Assembly (NCBI GenBank): GCA_965235115.1
Contig: OZ249436.1
Location: 38,256,001 to 38,320,000 of the forward strand
Reading direction: 5' to 3'
Source of the DNA: Laetmonice hystrix
Lineage: Eukaryota
DNA length: 64,000 nt
Shown here: piece after piece, positions 14,993 through 29,900 of the stretch
How the letters are laid out: each line of letters begins with the position of its first letter
Position numbering within the stretch: position 1 is the first letter of the stretch
Program-made: the position numbers and the translations under genes
The notes under the pieces: model-generated
What the model was told of the DNA's origin: nothing
Database searches by the model: none
The model's input: only the letters and a program-made list of their open reading frames with translations

Positions 14993-17900
14993 CTAGAGCT
15001 GGCTACATGTCATATTACCCGGGATTCGATTACTTGTGATAGTAGATTGGTAGGTACCGACGGCATTCTGTAGACTTGTGATGGTTGCTGTGGCTGTAGC
15101 TACCGAGTTACTGTTAGGAAAAGGATCGACCTGCAATAAAATACCGGAGATAGTGAATGGAAAGTTATCTAAGCTAATTACATGATGAAACAAGAAGTAT
15201 CATTTCTATGACAGGACAGGGATCTAGACATCGTAGCCGGAATATTACTACTTTCACAACCATTCACAGGGCAGTTTTCTGTCTCATGTAATGATGTTTC
15301 TCACGAATTTGACCTCTCTTTTCCAGAAACTGCTCTTATGTACGGCCATATAGCCACCATCACCCCGAATCCTTGAATTAATATACCTCGGCCCAGTGAG
15401 GTTATATTTTTGGGTCCACTGAAAACCTTCGAAAAAAAAACAGGTTCTGCGCCTATTTGTCTAGTTTTTCACATTTTCTCCCATGGAGATGTTGTTGACT
15501 ATCACTAAATCGACACTACTGGATGGTATCGGGTGAGGGCTGGTTACATACCTCCGAGTAGGCGGGAGGGGGTCTATAATGGTAGTTATTGACGTAGGTA
15601 TACATGGGTGTATACATGAGATCACCCATGGTAGTCTGAAGGTCGTCATCTTCATCACGAATGTCAACCGCACCTGTTGTTGTCTCTCGGTACATTGGCG
15701 GATCTGTATCAGAAGACAAAACATTATCAGGCCCGTGATTTCCATCAAATTATTGAGGGGGCTACTGAATTATTCAGGGGGCACGACGAACAGATCCAAG
15801 GTTCTTCCTGGTCAAGTAGGATAATTATTAGGCAACACTGAAAATATTGGGGGGGGGGGCTTAAGCCCCCTACCCCCCCCCCCCCACCCCCCACCCACCC
15901 CGAATTATGGCCCAAATTATACCACACCAGATCGAACCACCTTTCTCTAATAGTTAGGCAGGAGTGCAGAAAGTATGTTACATGTATATGGGGAAAACCA
16001 TTTCCCCCCAATATTTGAAAATCTAAAGCGTCATAATAATGTTCTCAATACGAACGGCCTACCATGGGGAACCCCTTCTAGGTCAAAGGGAGGCGGTGGG
16101 GTGGCTGTTTCTCGGTAAGGGGGAGGTGCAGGTAGAAGTTGTGTTCCGAAGTACTCGAGCGTGGCGTCTTGGAACATGCGTGACGTCTGCAGTAGGTACG
16201 GAGATAGGCGGCGATACGGGACGGTTCCTATGACGACGGGGAGCAGCATCGACAGGTTGTACGAGCCCGAGATGTGCAGTGCCACCTGGTGGGGAAAACG
16301 GAAACTAACCGTCAAACGGCTTGATGTCATTAAAAATTCAGGTTTGCCATTCAGTGCGGGGGAGGTCGTGGGGACAGGACGAGAAGAGTGGATAAAGAAG
16401 ATACGACTATACCGACCTTGACGTAGTATTCCACCTTGATGACACAACAGTTCATGATGCTGGGAGACACGGCTGGGATCTTGAGAAGCTGTGCGTCCCA
16501 CGTGGCTCGGTTACCTGGAGCCACAGGTAATCCTGCAGCGAGACACCAGATTACCTGCACTATGCTTCAACAGCAAGCTCAGCAAGGTCAATAATGACAT
16601 GAAAAAACTGAACTTCTTCTTTAACACTTTAACAAGTCAGAAATGTAACACGTGTTGGTAAATTGATCAGACGGTTTGGTCAATCTCCATACTGAGTTCT
16701 TAATCGTTCTCTGGTTATTACTATTTACGCAAAATCTTTTTAATGACTGTAATGTTACTACCTTAGATTTTAATTACGGGTGTATATGATATATAGGAAG
16801 GATATAACCCTTCTCTTTCAAAGGCTGATACCATCTCTACTCATCGCCATGAACCAGAGAGAGAATAGTAGAAATGATCCTACCTGTGAGGACAGTGAAC
16901 TTTGTTCCACGAACCCTGGACTTGCCATTGGCAAAGAAAGTCTGAGTTTGGTGCAAGGTCGCATATGGAATGATCGTCCTGGAGGAATGGTTTTCAAAGT
17001 CTGCTGATATCGCAATCGACTCACCTAGAAGTAGGAAGATAGCAAACAGTTAGCTAAGCATCCCTTCACTCTGATACGTTCTTTTTTTTTGCACATCACT
17101 ACTTGTTTGGAAATACCAAACTGTATACATGTCTATAATAATAGACATGTGTATAGTCAAGGTTGGCTTCATTAGGGGAAGAAAAGTACAGAATGCCATA
17201 GAAGTTGATCAGGTGTTTGGCTTACGTATGTCATTGACTTACATATTATATTTCATTATGAGCGGCGGTCTCCTAGTCCTATATATATACATGTATCAGA
17301 AGTTCGTTATGGAAATTCTTTCAGCACGTAAAGCTGATACCCTGCCTGGTATGCAGAACTATATGTGATGCAAGACGTTAGCCAACTCTATTTGAGAACG
17401 GTCAATGCCTTATTATCTAGAGCAGGTAGAACGTGTTCTTCATTACCAGGGCAGTATCCTCGCCGGTCGGTACGAGCATTGATGGAGATTGGGCCTGACG
17501 TACATAACCAACAGCACAACGTCTTCTCCACGCTGTTCTCGACTGGGATCTAGCAACCAACAACATCAAACTTCAGCATCTCGACACACTTTTCATGAAT
17601 GAAAACACCCCACCTCCAACCCCAAAAAACATCATTATAGCCCCTGGGTTTCAGGCAGATTGCACCTTTTTTTCTTCTTTCTCTCTTTTTGAGGGGGGGG
17701 GGGTGAAGCACTTTGGAGGGGAGTGCCTAGGCGTAGGCTTTTTCAACAACAAAATTAAAGTCAAAAAAGACTTTAGTGGGGGAGTAACATATTTTTAGGG
17801 TGGGTAGGCGGATCCCTCCCCGAAACAGGCCTCCAAGATACCCTGAGGTCGTTTTGGATATTGGTATTGACAATTCTATAACAAATTTTACTGAGATTAT

Positions 17901-20900
17901 TTCCAAGCAACTGTCAAGGACAATATTTTTAACAGCCTCTCAACCTATTTGATCTCCTTCTGGTTCACCATGCACCTATTTTTAGAACCGGGAACATAAT
18001 AATGGTACTTGTCTATATGAGAGCCACCACTATGGTATGACAGAGGCCGTTCCCGTTTTATCGGTAGCTCACCTGGTACTCAGGTTTGTTGATGTCGATG
18101 GGACTAATGATGGTGAAAGCCCGTTTGGTCTTGTGGTTGAAGGACCATGGTTTGTCCATCTCTGCCTTCAACCAGTAGCGCACACTGCCGTGTTTGCCCT
18201 CAAACGAGGTGGAGATACCCCTGACAAACATCAGTCACACGATCTCATGTCAATTATAGCAGTAAGCCTGACTGGGATCGTGTGGAGGGAGAAAACTATT
18301 CTCCCATTTCTGATCTCTCTCTGTCTCTGTGTGTTTTCATTCAATGTACCTTCAGAATTGGACACCTTCATAAAGTTTACACCTTACCTATCCTACAACT
18401 TCTAGTGGCGAGTCATATACAGTATGTCCCCAAAAAAATGATAGTCTAACTTTAGGTGTGCAATACACTTAGATATTTTAGAGGATTGTCGAATTTTGAA
18501 TTTTAAAGTTAAAGTTGAACATAAAGTTTGACCCCCCTTGATTACTCTCAGCAAGTTTGGTGTTGACATGGTGACGCATTACTGATCACAACCAGTATCT
18601 CTTTTTGACAATGGAACGCAGACTATCATTTTGGGGGGGACATACTGTATTGGTGGGCTGGTCCGAGAGGATGTAACAACAGGTTCGATCCAACGTTCCA
18701 CACAAGTTACACTCAGAAACTAAACCCTACGTTTCATTATTTATCTCTATTTATCTTTATTTGTGCTAAAAGACGAGTAACAATCCAATTGCATGATTGA
18801 CATGAAGTAGGTCACGTTAAGTTACGTACTCTGATGGCAGATCGAAGGTGAAGTTAAACTCATGCCTTCCCTCAGCAAGAGTTTCACGAACATCAGCATG
18901 ATCTGAAAGTATTTAAACATGCAGCTTTTATTACACAACGAAACCCAGATACATGCTTATTAAACCTTACTGTTTCAATACAATCACATATAACATACAC
19001 GTCTCTGTCAACTGTAGACTAGGAGGGCCATAGCAATTTTTCATATAGGCCTAACACTGTCAACTGTAGAATAGCACTAATAGCAGGGCCGTAGCAATTT
19101 TATATATTATAAAACCAGCCTTCTTTTCTTTTCCCATAATTTTAATTTGTCAAAAACCATAAAAACTTGAATCTTATCTACTATTATTGTACATTATTTG
19201 GAAATTGATACAGGTTCTGTGATAGTAGGCCAAGTACATTTTCCTAATAATCATTAATGGTTTTTAAAAGCCATCACTCTACTATAAAGAAATAATGTTA
19301 AACTCATGTGCTGCTAAGAGTCCGACTGTAGCGTGTAGTTCTTATCAGTAACTTGTTTCGTTCGCTGGTTCACGGAGCCCTGTTATCAGAGTGGAAGTAT
19401 TTGTGGGTTTGTTGTTGGAACCGTTGACACTAGCAGCAATCACTGCCCGCCATGATACAGCCAACTACAAGGTGGTACTAACTGCAGCTCCTCAATCTAG
19501 AACAAAGCCTGCGGCGCTGGCCGGTTTTTTATTTTTTTATTTTTTTTTATTAGTCTGTGTGTGTGTTTGCGTCGTTTTGTTTTCGCGATAGCAGAGCGCA
19601 GTATGGTAAAACAACTAGTTCATGTCAAAGGGGTCACAGTGTGACAATTGTATGTTATCAGTGTGCCAACTGGCTCGGAGCTATACCCTTATATTATATT
19701 CATACTCCGTAGTGCTCAACCTTCGCTCCGTTGAGTGGTACAAGTACATGTATTATGTAGAGTATAGATCTATGTGAGCACACAAGAAAACTGGTAACCG
19801 CATGCACAAGTACTGCATTCTATCTCGCATATACACTTCAATTTAAACAGAATATATATACAATTGTGGATTTATATACGGTAACACAAACATTTGAATT
19901 GGAGGTACGCTCCACAAAAGTATAGCATTGTCAGACACGCTGATATATAAGGGCTGCTTTGGCGCAGTCCATTCCCACTGAATCTAAGAGCTCTCAAGCA
20001 GAGTCATGACTTCGTGGATACACATTGACAAAGTTGTCATACCTGTCCAATAATATCCAGATATACTTATCCGACAGATGTCTGATAAGAGTATCACCCT
20101 ATTTAGCTTATATAAACTAAAATATTTATCTCAGTTTTGTTCTCAAGTGTAAAATGATGACCTGCAGTCAGTTACGTATGCTACAGGAGAATCCTGAGAT
20201 TTAAAGCCACTTTGTGTAAATCCGTTGAAACTCTGGCAAAAAAAAAAGGGGGGGGGGGTCCAACAGAACACGATTAATTCAGAAAGCTCTATGGGAAAAA
20301 GAAAATGGACGCCAAAGGGGTCCTGACCCCCTGACAGGCTGACCCCTCCCCCCGGTCCGCTACTGTACTGTCATCCTTAACGGAATGCCCTTTTAATGGT
20401 GTGTGTCTGTTTTAGCAACACTGTTACCTGTGGGGGAGTGCTGACCTATGATGGTGTGAATTCTAGTGACACTGTTACCTGTGGTGGAGTGCTGACCTGT
20501 GATGGTGTGAATTCTAGTGACACTGTTTCCTGTGGGGAGTGCTGACCTGTGATGGTGTGAGTTCTAGTGACAGTGTTACCTGTGGTGGAGTGCTGACCTG
20601 TGATGGTGTGAATTCTAGTGACACTGTTACCTGTGGTGGAGTGCTGACCTGTGATGGTGTGAATTCTAGTGACACTGTTACCTGTGGTGGAGTGCTGACC
20701 TGTGATGGTGTGAGTTCTAGTGACAGTGTTACCTGTGGGGAGTGCTGAACTGTGATGGTGTGAGTTCTAGTGACAGTGTTACCTATAGGGGAGTGCTGAC
20801 ATGTGATGGTGTGAGTTCTAACGACAGTGTTACCTGTGGGGGAGTGTTACCCTGTGATGGTGTGAGTTCTAACGACAGTGTTACCTGTGGGGGAGTGCTG

Positions 20901-23900
20901 CCCTGTGATGGTGTGAGTTCTAACGACAGTGTTACCTGTGGGGGAGTGCTGCCCTGTGATGGTGTGAGTTCTAACGACAGTGTTACCTGTGGGTGAGTGC
21001 TGACATGTGATGGTGTGAGTAACGACAGTGTTACCTGTGGGGGAGTGTTACCCTGTGATGGTGTGAGTTCTAACGACAGTGTTCCCTGTGGGGGGAGTGC
21101 TACCCTGTGATGGTGCGAGTTCTAACGAGAGTGTTACCTGTGGGGGAGTGTTGCCCTGTGATGGTGTGAGTTCTAACGACACTGTTACCTGTGGGGGAGT
21201 GCTGACCTGTGATGGTGTGAGTTTTAGTGCCATTGTTACCTGTGGGAAGTGCTGACCTGTGATGGTGAGAGTTCTAGTGACACTCTTACCTGTGGGGAGT
21301 GCTGACCTGTGATGGTGTGAGTTCTAGCGACAGTGTTACCTGTGGGGAGTGCTGACCTGTGATGGTGTGAGTTCTAGCGACAGTGTTACCTGTGGGGAGT
21401 GCTGACCTGTGATGGTGTGAGTTCTAGCGACAGTGTTACCTGTGGGGAGTGCTGACCTGTGATGGTGTGAGTTCTAGTGACAGTGTTACCTGTGGGGAGT
21501 GCTGACCTGTGATGGTGTGAGTTCAGTGACACTGTTACCTGTGGGGGAGTGCTGACCTGTGATGGTGTGAGTTCTAGTGACAGTGTTACCTGTGGGGAGT
21601 GCTGACCTGTGATGGTGCGAGTTCTAGTGACACTGTTACCTGTGGTGGAGTGCTGACCTGTGATGGTGTGAGTTCTAGTGACAGTGTTACCTGTGGGGAG
21701 TGCTGACCTGTGATGGTGTGAGTTTTAGTGCCATTGTTACCTGTGGGGAGTGCTGATCTGTGATGGTGTGAGTTCTAGTGACAGTGTTACCTGTGGGGAG
21801 TGCTGACATGTGATGGTGTGAGTTTTAGTGCCATTGTTACCTGTGGGGAGTGCTGACCTGTGATGATGTGAGTTCAGTGACAGTGTTACCTGTGGGGAGT
21901 GCTGATCTGTGATGGTGTTTACTGTCTAGAGTGTTACCGGTACCCTAAGGTATCCTGATTGGAGAGTGTAGGATGGAACGCTGATATTGTGATGGTGTGA
22001 GTCCTAAACTAAAATTGCTACAGGTCTTTGGTTGAGTCCTGCTGAGAGTGACGGCTCAACTAGTAGGCCTACTAGTGACAATTTTCACCTGTAATTGCTA
22101 ATAATTGTGGATAATTGCTAATAAACAGTCTGGTGATGGAATGGTCGTGCAATAAGAAAGACATCACCTGATTAGGGCTGTGTGATCATAAAATAACCAG
22201 GGGGGAAGGGGGTCAAGGTGGCTCAGACAATGGTTCATTTCATCATAGAGCATTACATAATCTTTCACCCCTGGTAATATTGTCGGCCCATACAAAGACA
22301 GGATTATTTTACCCAATTCTAGCCTCATAGTGCAACTGAAAGAATCCATGACTGTGACTGCAGTCGTGGGGATTGTAAAGGCCAGGGCATCAATCACTTT
22401 CCTGGCAGGGTGACAAACACTACCAATTGACACAATGACCTCTGTTTGAGCAAGCTTTCATCATACTCTGTATGACCTGGAGAGTTCTTGGCAAGTATAA
22501 CAGGGTCACCCAGTCAGAACTTTACAGATCAATCAGGGTGACCCAGTCACATACAATACAGTTACAGATCAGTGTGGTTCTCTAAGTAACTTTACCCATA
22601 TTTAGTTTACGTGTGGGCTGTCTGTAGAAAATGCACGTTACTGTTAATTTGAGTGCACCTAACACTAATCTGGGGGCCACCAGGGTAAACCCAAGGCTTT
22701 GCAAAAGCATTACCGGGGTATTTTCCATAAACTTAGGCTTAGAACAAAAAAGTAAGCATGGTGACATATAGATATCTTAACATTTTTTAAATAAAAAATA
22801 CTTGTTCTTTGTACTGAAATGCATTATATTGATATGAACATTGTAATGGGTTTGGGTTGTATACATTGGTTACCATGGTTGGATGTCACAAATGTGTACC
22901 ATCCTGGAACACATGCAAGGTAAATTTTATGTCTGAATTCCGCAAATTGGTACATTAAAAAAATATCAAGAGCTAAATTATTGTATATTTGATAGTGGTC
23001 GTGAACTTCTGACAGGCCAGCCAACTGCCCCAAATACTTTGCCTGAACACTTTGAGTTTGAGTTTGACCAACCCCACTGGATGCTCTGACCAACCACTGG
23101 ACGCCCTGTCCATCAGACGCTTTGACTATAACCTGATTTAAAACATATTCTAAAGGGGGAGGGGAGCAAAAGTATTGAACACTCCCTACAAACTAGAAGC
23201 TACGGTGGCCGATTAGTGCCAACGACGAATACAAATTCAAAACGACGAATACAAAAGCAAAACGACAAATACAAAAGCAAAACGACAAATACAAATTCAA
23301 AACGACGAATACAAAAGCAAAACGACAAATACAAAAGCAAAAACGACAAATACAAATTCAAAACGAAGAATACAAATTCAAAACGACAAATACAAAAGCA
23401 ACTAGACCCCGTCGGAGTCACAGCCCCCAACTGAGTAGGAACAAATTTTCTGTGGGTCCAGGAACTATGTGTACTTTTGGCACGCTTGTTACCCCTCATG
23501 CTTTCTGTCAGCAAGAACGAAATCCAGAAAATGTCAGAGTTATTGCTTCGAATTTCTTTATATCCAAGATGGCCACGAAGCAGCCATTTTTAATGATATT
23601 TTTGACCTGTGTCCTCCCTATAGACTGTCCCTGGTTATTAAGTAATGTTTCACGCAAGATTAGATGCTGTTATCTTCAACTGGTTTGGAGGTACAGGCCA
23701 TTAAAATATGCATGACCTTTCAAGGTCGCTCAAGGTCATGGAAAATGGCGTCAAATCAAACTTCATATATGACTTCCTATCTGTCAATAATAGTAACTAT
23801 TGCCTTATATTGCACCGTTTTCGAGATATGAGCCAAAACAGTGTTATTGGGGGGGGGGGAATATAAATATGGCCGCCATGTCGCCATATTTGCTCTGATC

Positions 23901-26900
23901 TGGCAAGGTATTGCTCCAAATGTGTATATATCCAAGATGGCCACCACACGGCCATTTTGACTGATGTCAAAAATATCATTGACCTGCATCTTTAACTGTT
24001 TTGAAGATCCAGGCTATTGAAAAAATGCATGACCTCGATTGACCTTTCAAGGTCGCTCACGGTCATGGAAAATGGCGCCAAATGAAACTTCATAATTATA
24101 TGACTTCCTAATCTATAAATAACACCTGACCTCAAATGACCTTGAAATGTCAACCCAAGGTCAAATATAATGGTGTCAAAAGATTCCTCATATATGACTT
24201 CCTATTCGCTCCCCATAGTAACTTTACCCACACCTCGCCCCATTGTCAAGTTATACGCCCCTAAAGTCTAATGACATTGCCAACAACACAAACATGGCTG
24301 CCGATCGGCCATATTGGATCCAAACTGAAAACAAAATGACGTGTATGTTTGCCCCATGAACCCCTATCGTTGTGCCAAGTTTGAATGAAAATGGTATTCT
24401 TTTAACAGAGATATGCCTGTATATGTCTATTTTGCCAATATGGCTGTCGAGCAGCCATCTTGGACGCACTCTTCAAAATCTTGATCATGGTGAATTGTAA
24501 TATAAGTCTCCCTTTGCATAATGCATCGTAGCACTAAAGGACTTGAAGAACACCATTTCTGACATAGTGATCCTTAATAAACACCTGACCTCAAATGACC
24601 TTGAAATGTCAACCCAAGGTCAAATATAATGGTGTCAAAAGATTCCTCATATATGACTTCCTATTCGCTCCCCATAGTAACTTTACCCACACCTCGCTCC
24701 ATTGTCAAGTTATACGCCACTAAAGTCTAATGACATTGTCAACAACACAAAAATGGCTGCCGATCGGCCATATTGGATCCGAACTGAAAACAAAATGACG
24801 TGTATGTTTGCCCCATGAACCCCTATCGTTGTGCCAAGTTTGAATGAAAATGGTATTCTTTTAACAGAGATATGCCTGTATATGTCTATTTTGCCAATAT
24901 GGCTGTCGAGCGGCCATCTTGGACGCACTCTTCAAAATCTTGATCATGGTGAATTGTAATATAAGTCTCCCTTTGCATAATGCATCGTAGCACTAAAGGA
25001 CTTGAAGAACACCATTTCTGACATAGTGATCCTTAATAAAAACCTGACCTCAAATGACCTTGAAATGTCAACCCAAGGTCAAATATAATGGTGTCAAAAG
25101 ATTCCTCATATATGACTTCCTATTCGCTCCCCATAGTAACTTTACCCACACCTCGCCCCATTGTCAAGTTATACGCCACTAAAGTCTAATGACATTGCCA
25201 ACAACACAAACATGGCTGCCGATCGGCCATATTGGATCCGAACTTAAAACAAAATGACGTGAATGTTTGCCCCATGAACCCCTATCGTTGTGCCAAGTTT
25301 GAATGAAAATGGTATTCTTTTAACAGAGATATCGCTGTAAATGTGTATTTCACCAATATGGCTGCCAGGCGGCCATCTTGGATCGTATCAAAAAATCTTT
25401 TGACGTGCATCATGCCAGGATGGTACCTGATCTTGTGTTCAAATATGAAAATGATTGTTCCGCACGTTTTTGAGATATCGCTGTTCACGGACGGACGGAC
25501 GGACGGACGGACGGACGGACGGACGGACGGACGGACGGACGGACGGACGGACGGACGGACGGACGGACGGACGGACGGACGGACGGACGGACGGACGGAC
25601 GGACGGACGGACGGACGGACGGACGGACGGACGGACGGACGGACGGACGGACGGACGGACGGACGGACGGACGGACGGACGGACGGACGGACGGACGGAC
25701 GGACGGACGGACGGACGGACGGACGGACGGACGGACGGACGGACGGACGGACGGACGGACGGACGGACGGACGGACGGACGGACGGACGGACGGACGGAC
25801 GGACGGACGGACGGACGGACGGACGGACGGACGGACGGACGGACGGACGGACGGACGGACGGACGGACGGACGGACGGACGGACGGACGGACGGACGGAC
25901 GGACGGATGGACGGACGGACAGAGGGTGAATCATAAGCCCCCAAAACCCGATGGGTTTGGGGGCTAAAAACGATGAATACAAATCCCTCTCACACCACAA
26001 ACAACAACTTGGCGTGAAGCACGTTTACAAAAAGGATATCCATGTTCCGGGCCGAGAGTCGACCAGGACGAGTCTAAGTGTAAATGTGGGACAGGGGTGA
26101 GCGGAGGTGACATCTACCGAGGCCTGCTATGGAATACCTGAAGGGAAATTCTTCGACTTCCAGCTCGACGTACATACATTTACTGAGACACCGACCATAA
26201 CTTCGACTTCGACTTCTACGTAAACTTCGACTTCGAGTTGGGAGGCACATTCTCAAACTCGTTCCAAAGGCAACCTTTTTAGCGTGTTTGGGCTTTGGCG
26301 TGGCTCCTCCGTCCATGCAGTGGCGGATCCAACGGGCCAGGCGCGGATTTAGGGGGGTCATTGTTGGGGGGGGGGGCGGGGGCGTTGCCGGGGCGGGGCG
26401 GGGGCACCGGGGGCACCGAACCCCGCACCGGTGTGACTAATTACCGAAATCTACCGGATTCTACCGGAATTCAGAAACCCCATGACTAATTACCGAAATC
26501 GACCCCCAAACTTACCGAAATGGACCTCTAGTTGTGTTTGGGAGCCCCCAAACTTCCCGAAATGGACCTCTAGTTGTGTTTGGGACCCCCCAAACTTCCG
26601 AAATCGACCTCTAGTTGTGTTTGGGAGTCCCCAAACTTATGGAAATCGACCCACTCTAATTGGGTTTGGGACCCCCCAAACTTACCGAAATCGACCTCTA
26701 ATTGGGTTTGGGAGCCCCCAAACTTACCGAAATCTGGGGCTCCCAAACACAACTAGAGGTCGATTTCGGTAAGTTTGGGGGCTTCCAAACAACACTAGAG
26801 GTCGATTTCGGTAATTTGGGGGGCTCCTATAAACCCAATTAGAGGTCGATTTCAGTAAGTTTGGGGGCTCCCAAACACAACTAGAGGTCGATTTCGGTAA

Positions 26901-29900
26901 GTTTGGGGGCTCTCAAACACAACTAGAGGTCAATTACTGTATGTTTGGGGCTCCCAAACACAACTATATAGAGGTCGATTTCGGTAATTTTAGGGGCTCC
27001 TAAACCCAATTACAGAGGTCGATTTTGGTAAGTCTCCGGGCTTCCCAATACTATTAGAGGTCGATTTCGGTAAGTTTGGGGGCTCCCAAACACAAAGTTC
27101 TAGAGGTCAATTTCGGTAAGTTTATGGGCTCTCAAACACAACTAGAGGTCGATTTCGGTAATTTTGGGGGTCGATTTCGGTAATTAGTCATGGGGTTTCT
27201 GGATTTCGGTAGATTCCGGTAGATTTCGGTATATTCCGGTAGATTTAGGTAATTAGTCACACCCGTGGACAGTTTCCGCCCTAGTAGGAATTAGAACGAG
27301 TTGCGCATGTCCGAGACTTTGGCTCCCTTATGCTAATCTCCTACCGCAGCGTCTCAGTATCGCCAGAACTAGTCAGAGTGCAAACACCCCTGTCCACTTA
27401 GACTCGCCCTGGTCGTCCCTGGGCCCCGAACATGGATACCATTCTTGTAAGCGTGCTACACGCCAACTTGTTGTTCGCGTTTGTGATCTCTCTCTTGCAT
27501 TTGCGTGTTTGAATTTGTTTTCGCGGTTTTTGTTTTGTAATTGCCGTTTTGGCGTTTGCGTTTGTGTTTTCTCTTTTGTTTTTGCGTTTTTGAATTTGTG
27601 GTCGTGGTTTCTGTTTTGTAATCGCCGTTCTAACTTTTGCGTTTGTGTTTTCTCTTTTGCATTCGTCGTTTTTAATTTGTAAACGTGTTTTCTCTTTTGC
27701 ATTCGTCGTTTTTAATTTGTAAACGTGTTTCCTCTTTTGTAATCGTCGTTGGCACTAACCGGCCACCGTAAGAAGCTTCCATTCAGTCATATTCCCCCCT
27801 TTTTTGTTCAAAAGCACCAGACCAATTTACTGGTATATAAATAAGAATGATACGATATCTCGATATTTGCTCTGGACAGTACACGATACAATGTCATGAT
27901 ACATATCATGATACATGATGTTTGCCCTGGGGGGGGGATATCAGTAAATTGAGCAATACATAGAGAACATGGCCGCAATGTAAGTATGACACCATGGGCC
28001 ATGGCTTTCGTTAGTTTTTTTATCATTTTATTGTGTTTTAACGACTTTTTGATAACAAATAAATATATCGATACATATCATATTCACAGTTTTTTCACTC
28101 TAAATCGTATCTTTCAGTGAAAAAATCGTGATTAACGATTGTATCATTGAATCGTCCCAGCACTGGTGATAATGTAATGGTTTCTTTTGACAGAGTCAGA
28201 GTCTGAGAGATAATGTACTGTAAGGAAAAAGGGGGTGGGACGGATTTTCGATTACCGAAATCAAGCTATTTACTGAAATCAAACCGAAATCACAGGCCTG
28301 AGAATAAGGGAAATTTGCGTAACCCATTTTCTGTTCAACTGAAAAGTGACATGGTAACCCATCGTTCGGTTAGCTGAAAACTTTCTGTTAATCCAAAGGT
28401 TACCTAGTGGGTTACACAGAAATTATAATTGATAAACCCTTGCTAATGTATTCAGAATTTAACTGGCTAGATGTAGGCTCTGGCAAAAAAACACCAGACT
28501 AAAGTTACCAACCAGGGTTTCCGCCTGAGGGTAAAATGGGTAAAAAAGTTTTTCCAGGGTACGGATCCATACCCTCAAAATCGTTGGGTAACCACTTCTC
28601 CATGAAGTGATAAAACCAGGCATGAGAATGGAAAATTCTGGGAAAAAAATCGGAAGATCTAAATCGCCCTCGAGGAAGCCCAGTACAGGTACACGTACAG
28701 TAGCCTGAACTGAAGTTGGACAGCCCCCCCCCCCCCTATAACACTGAAATTTTTCTCAACAGATTTCCATCGATCTCAAGAATGACCAAAATCACTTGAA
28801 AAAATCAGAATTCTGCCGATCGGCGGAAGACTATCATGCCTGTAAAAACCTCCTGATGATGCCTTGAGCAATGGGGCCTGCGAGGGCATATGTTTGGAAT
28901 ATAGATTGCAGCACTGGCGCTGGACCCCTCCTCTGGTCCGTACCCTAAATTTTTCTTCTGGCGGAAACCCTGCCAACAACTCCTACTGTCCCCTGGGCCT
29001 GCCTCATTCACCACTACCCCTTGCATGCAAGGGGTAGTGGAATTACTGAGTTGTCTATACAAAACAGCTCTAACTATTGGATATGAGCTAAAACGATCGA
29101 ATAAAATTATTTTAGCCTTAATTTCAGTTGATTTCGGTAAATGGCTTGATTTCGGTAATCCGTCACACCGGGAAAAAGGGGTGTATACAGGATCCGGCCG
29201 CCAACATCAAACGATTTCTGAATTGGATAATGTCTGTCAACTTCAAACATATTATTACTATTACTAGTATTAGGAAACGTTACAATTCAAAAGCTGCCAT
29301 CAGCAGGCCTGCAGCAGCTAGGCACTCAGCCTCAGGCCTACACGCTACAGTATTACAATATAGAGACGTCCGTGGCGTGTGGTTTCGCCTGTGTGCTCCC
29401 ACTCCCAGTGACCTCCAACCTAACTGTCCGACTATCCCTGGCCCTGCCACCTGGGTAGCACCCGTCCACTGTCAGGCGCCAGTATATCTCTATACTCATT
29501 GCCTAATTTGTATACTGGCCTCTCGGTGGCCGTTTACTGTCTGCGCCCGGATCCTGCTGTGACGGAAAAAGGAATTTCTTTTTGTCAAAAAATGGAAGAA
29601 TTATTCATTGAAATAATCCATTACTGACACAGTGACAGTAACTCTAGTCTAGCCTCTACTGTACTTATTTTACTGATTAGCACTCCATCCCCCTGCCCCC
29701 TGAACGGCCCTGCATCTTGCATGAGCCAGGGCCCAGCCCCAGGCAGCCGGTGACAGGCTGAGACTGTGAGAGGCGGTTTCTGAGAGGCTGGGTGACTGCA
29801 GACGCAGTGCAGCCTGCACTGCAGGAGAAACCGTGCAGGACAGTGAATGAGTGATAACGCAATGTAGTTTTGACATGCCACCAAATATGATGAATCATTA

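Larger units (their letters stand above)
23201..27770. mobile_element. Non-autonomous TIR element, IS3EU-like, with nested insertions
   Basis: TIRs TACGGTGGCCGATTAGTGCCAACGACGA / TCGTCGTTGGCACTAACCGGCCACCGTA; 6-bp TSD AGAAGC (23195-23200, 27771-27776); subterminal AAAACGACAAATAC repeats. TAY..RTA ends with a 6-bp TSD fit IS3EU. Confidence 0.8.

Noticed and set aside
20415..21918. Cys-containing repeat protein ORFs (GGVLTCDGVSSSDSVTC)
   Set aside because: Mixed 50/51-bp units break the frame; intronic minisatellite.
25282..26000. PSVR/TDGR repeat ORFs
   Set aside because: Translations of the ACGG microsatellite.
28850..28890. Hammerhead ribozyme (CTGATGA) in the MITE, also at ~34000-34035 on the minus strand
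   Set aside because: No paired stem II followed by GAAA in either copy.
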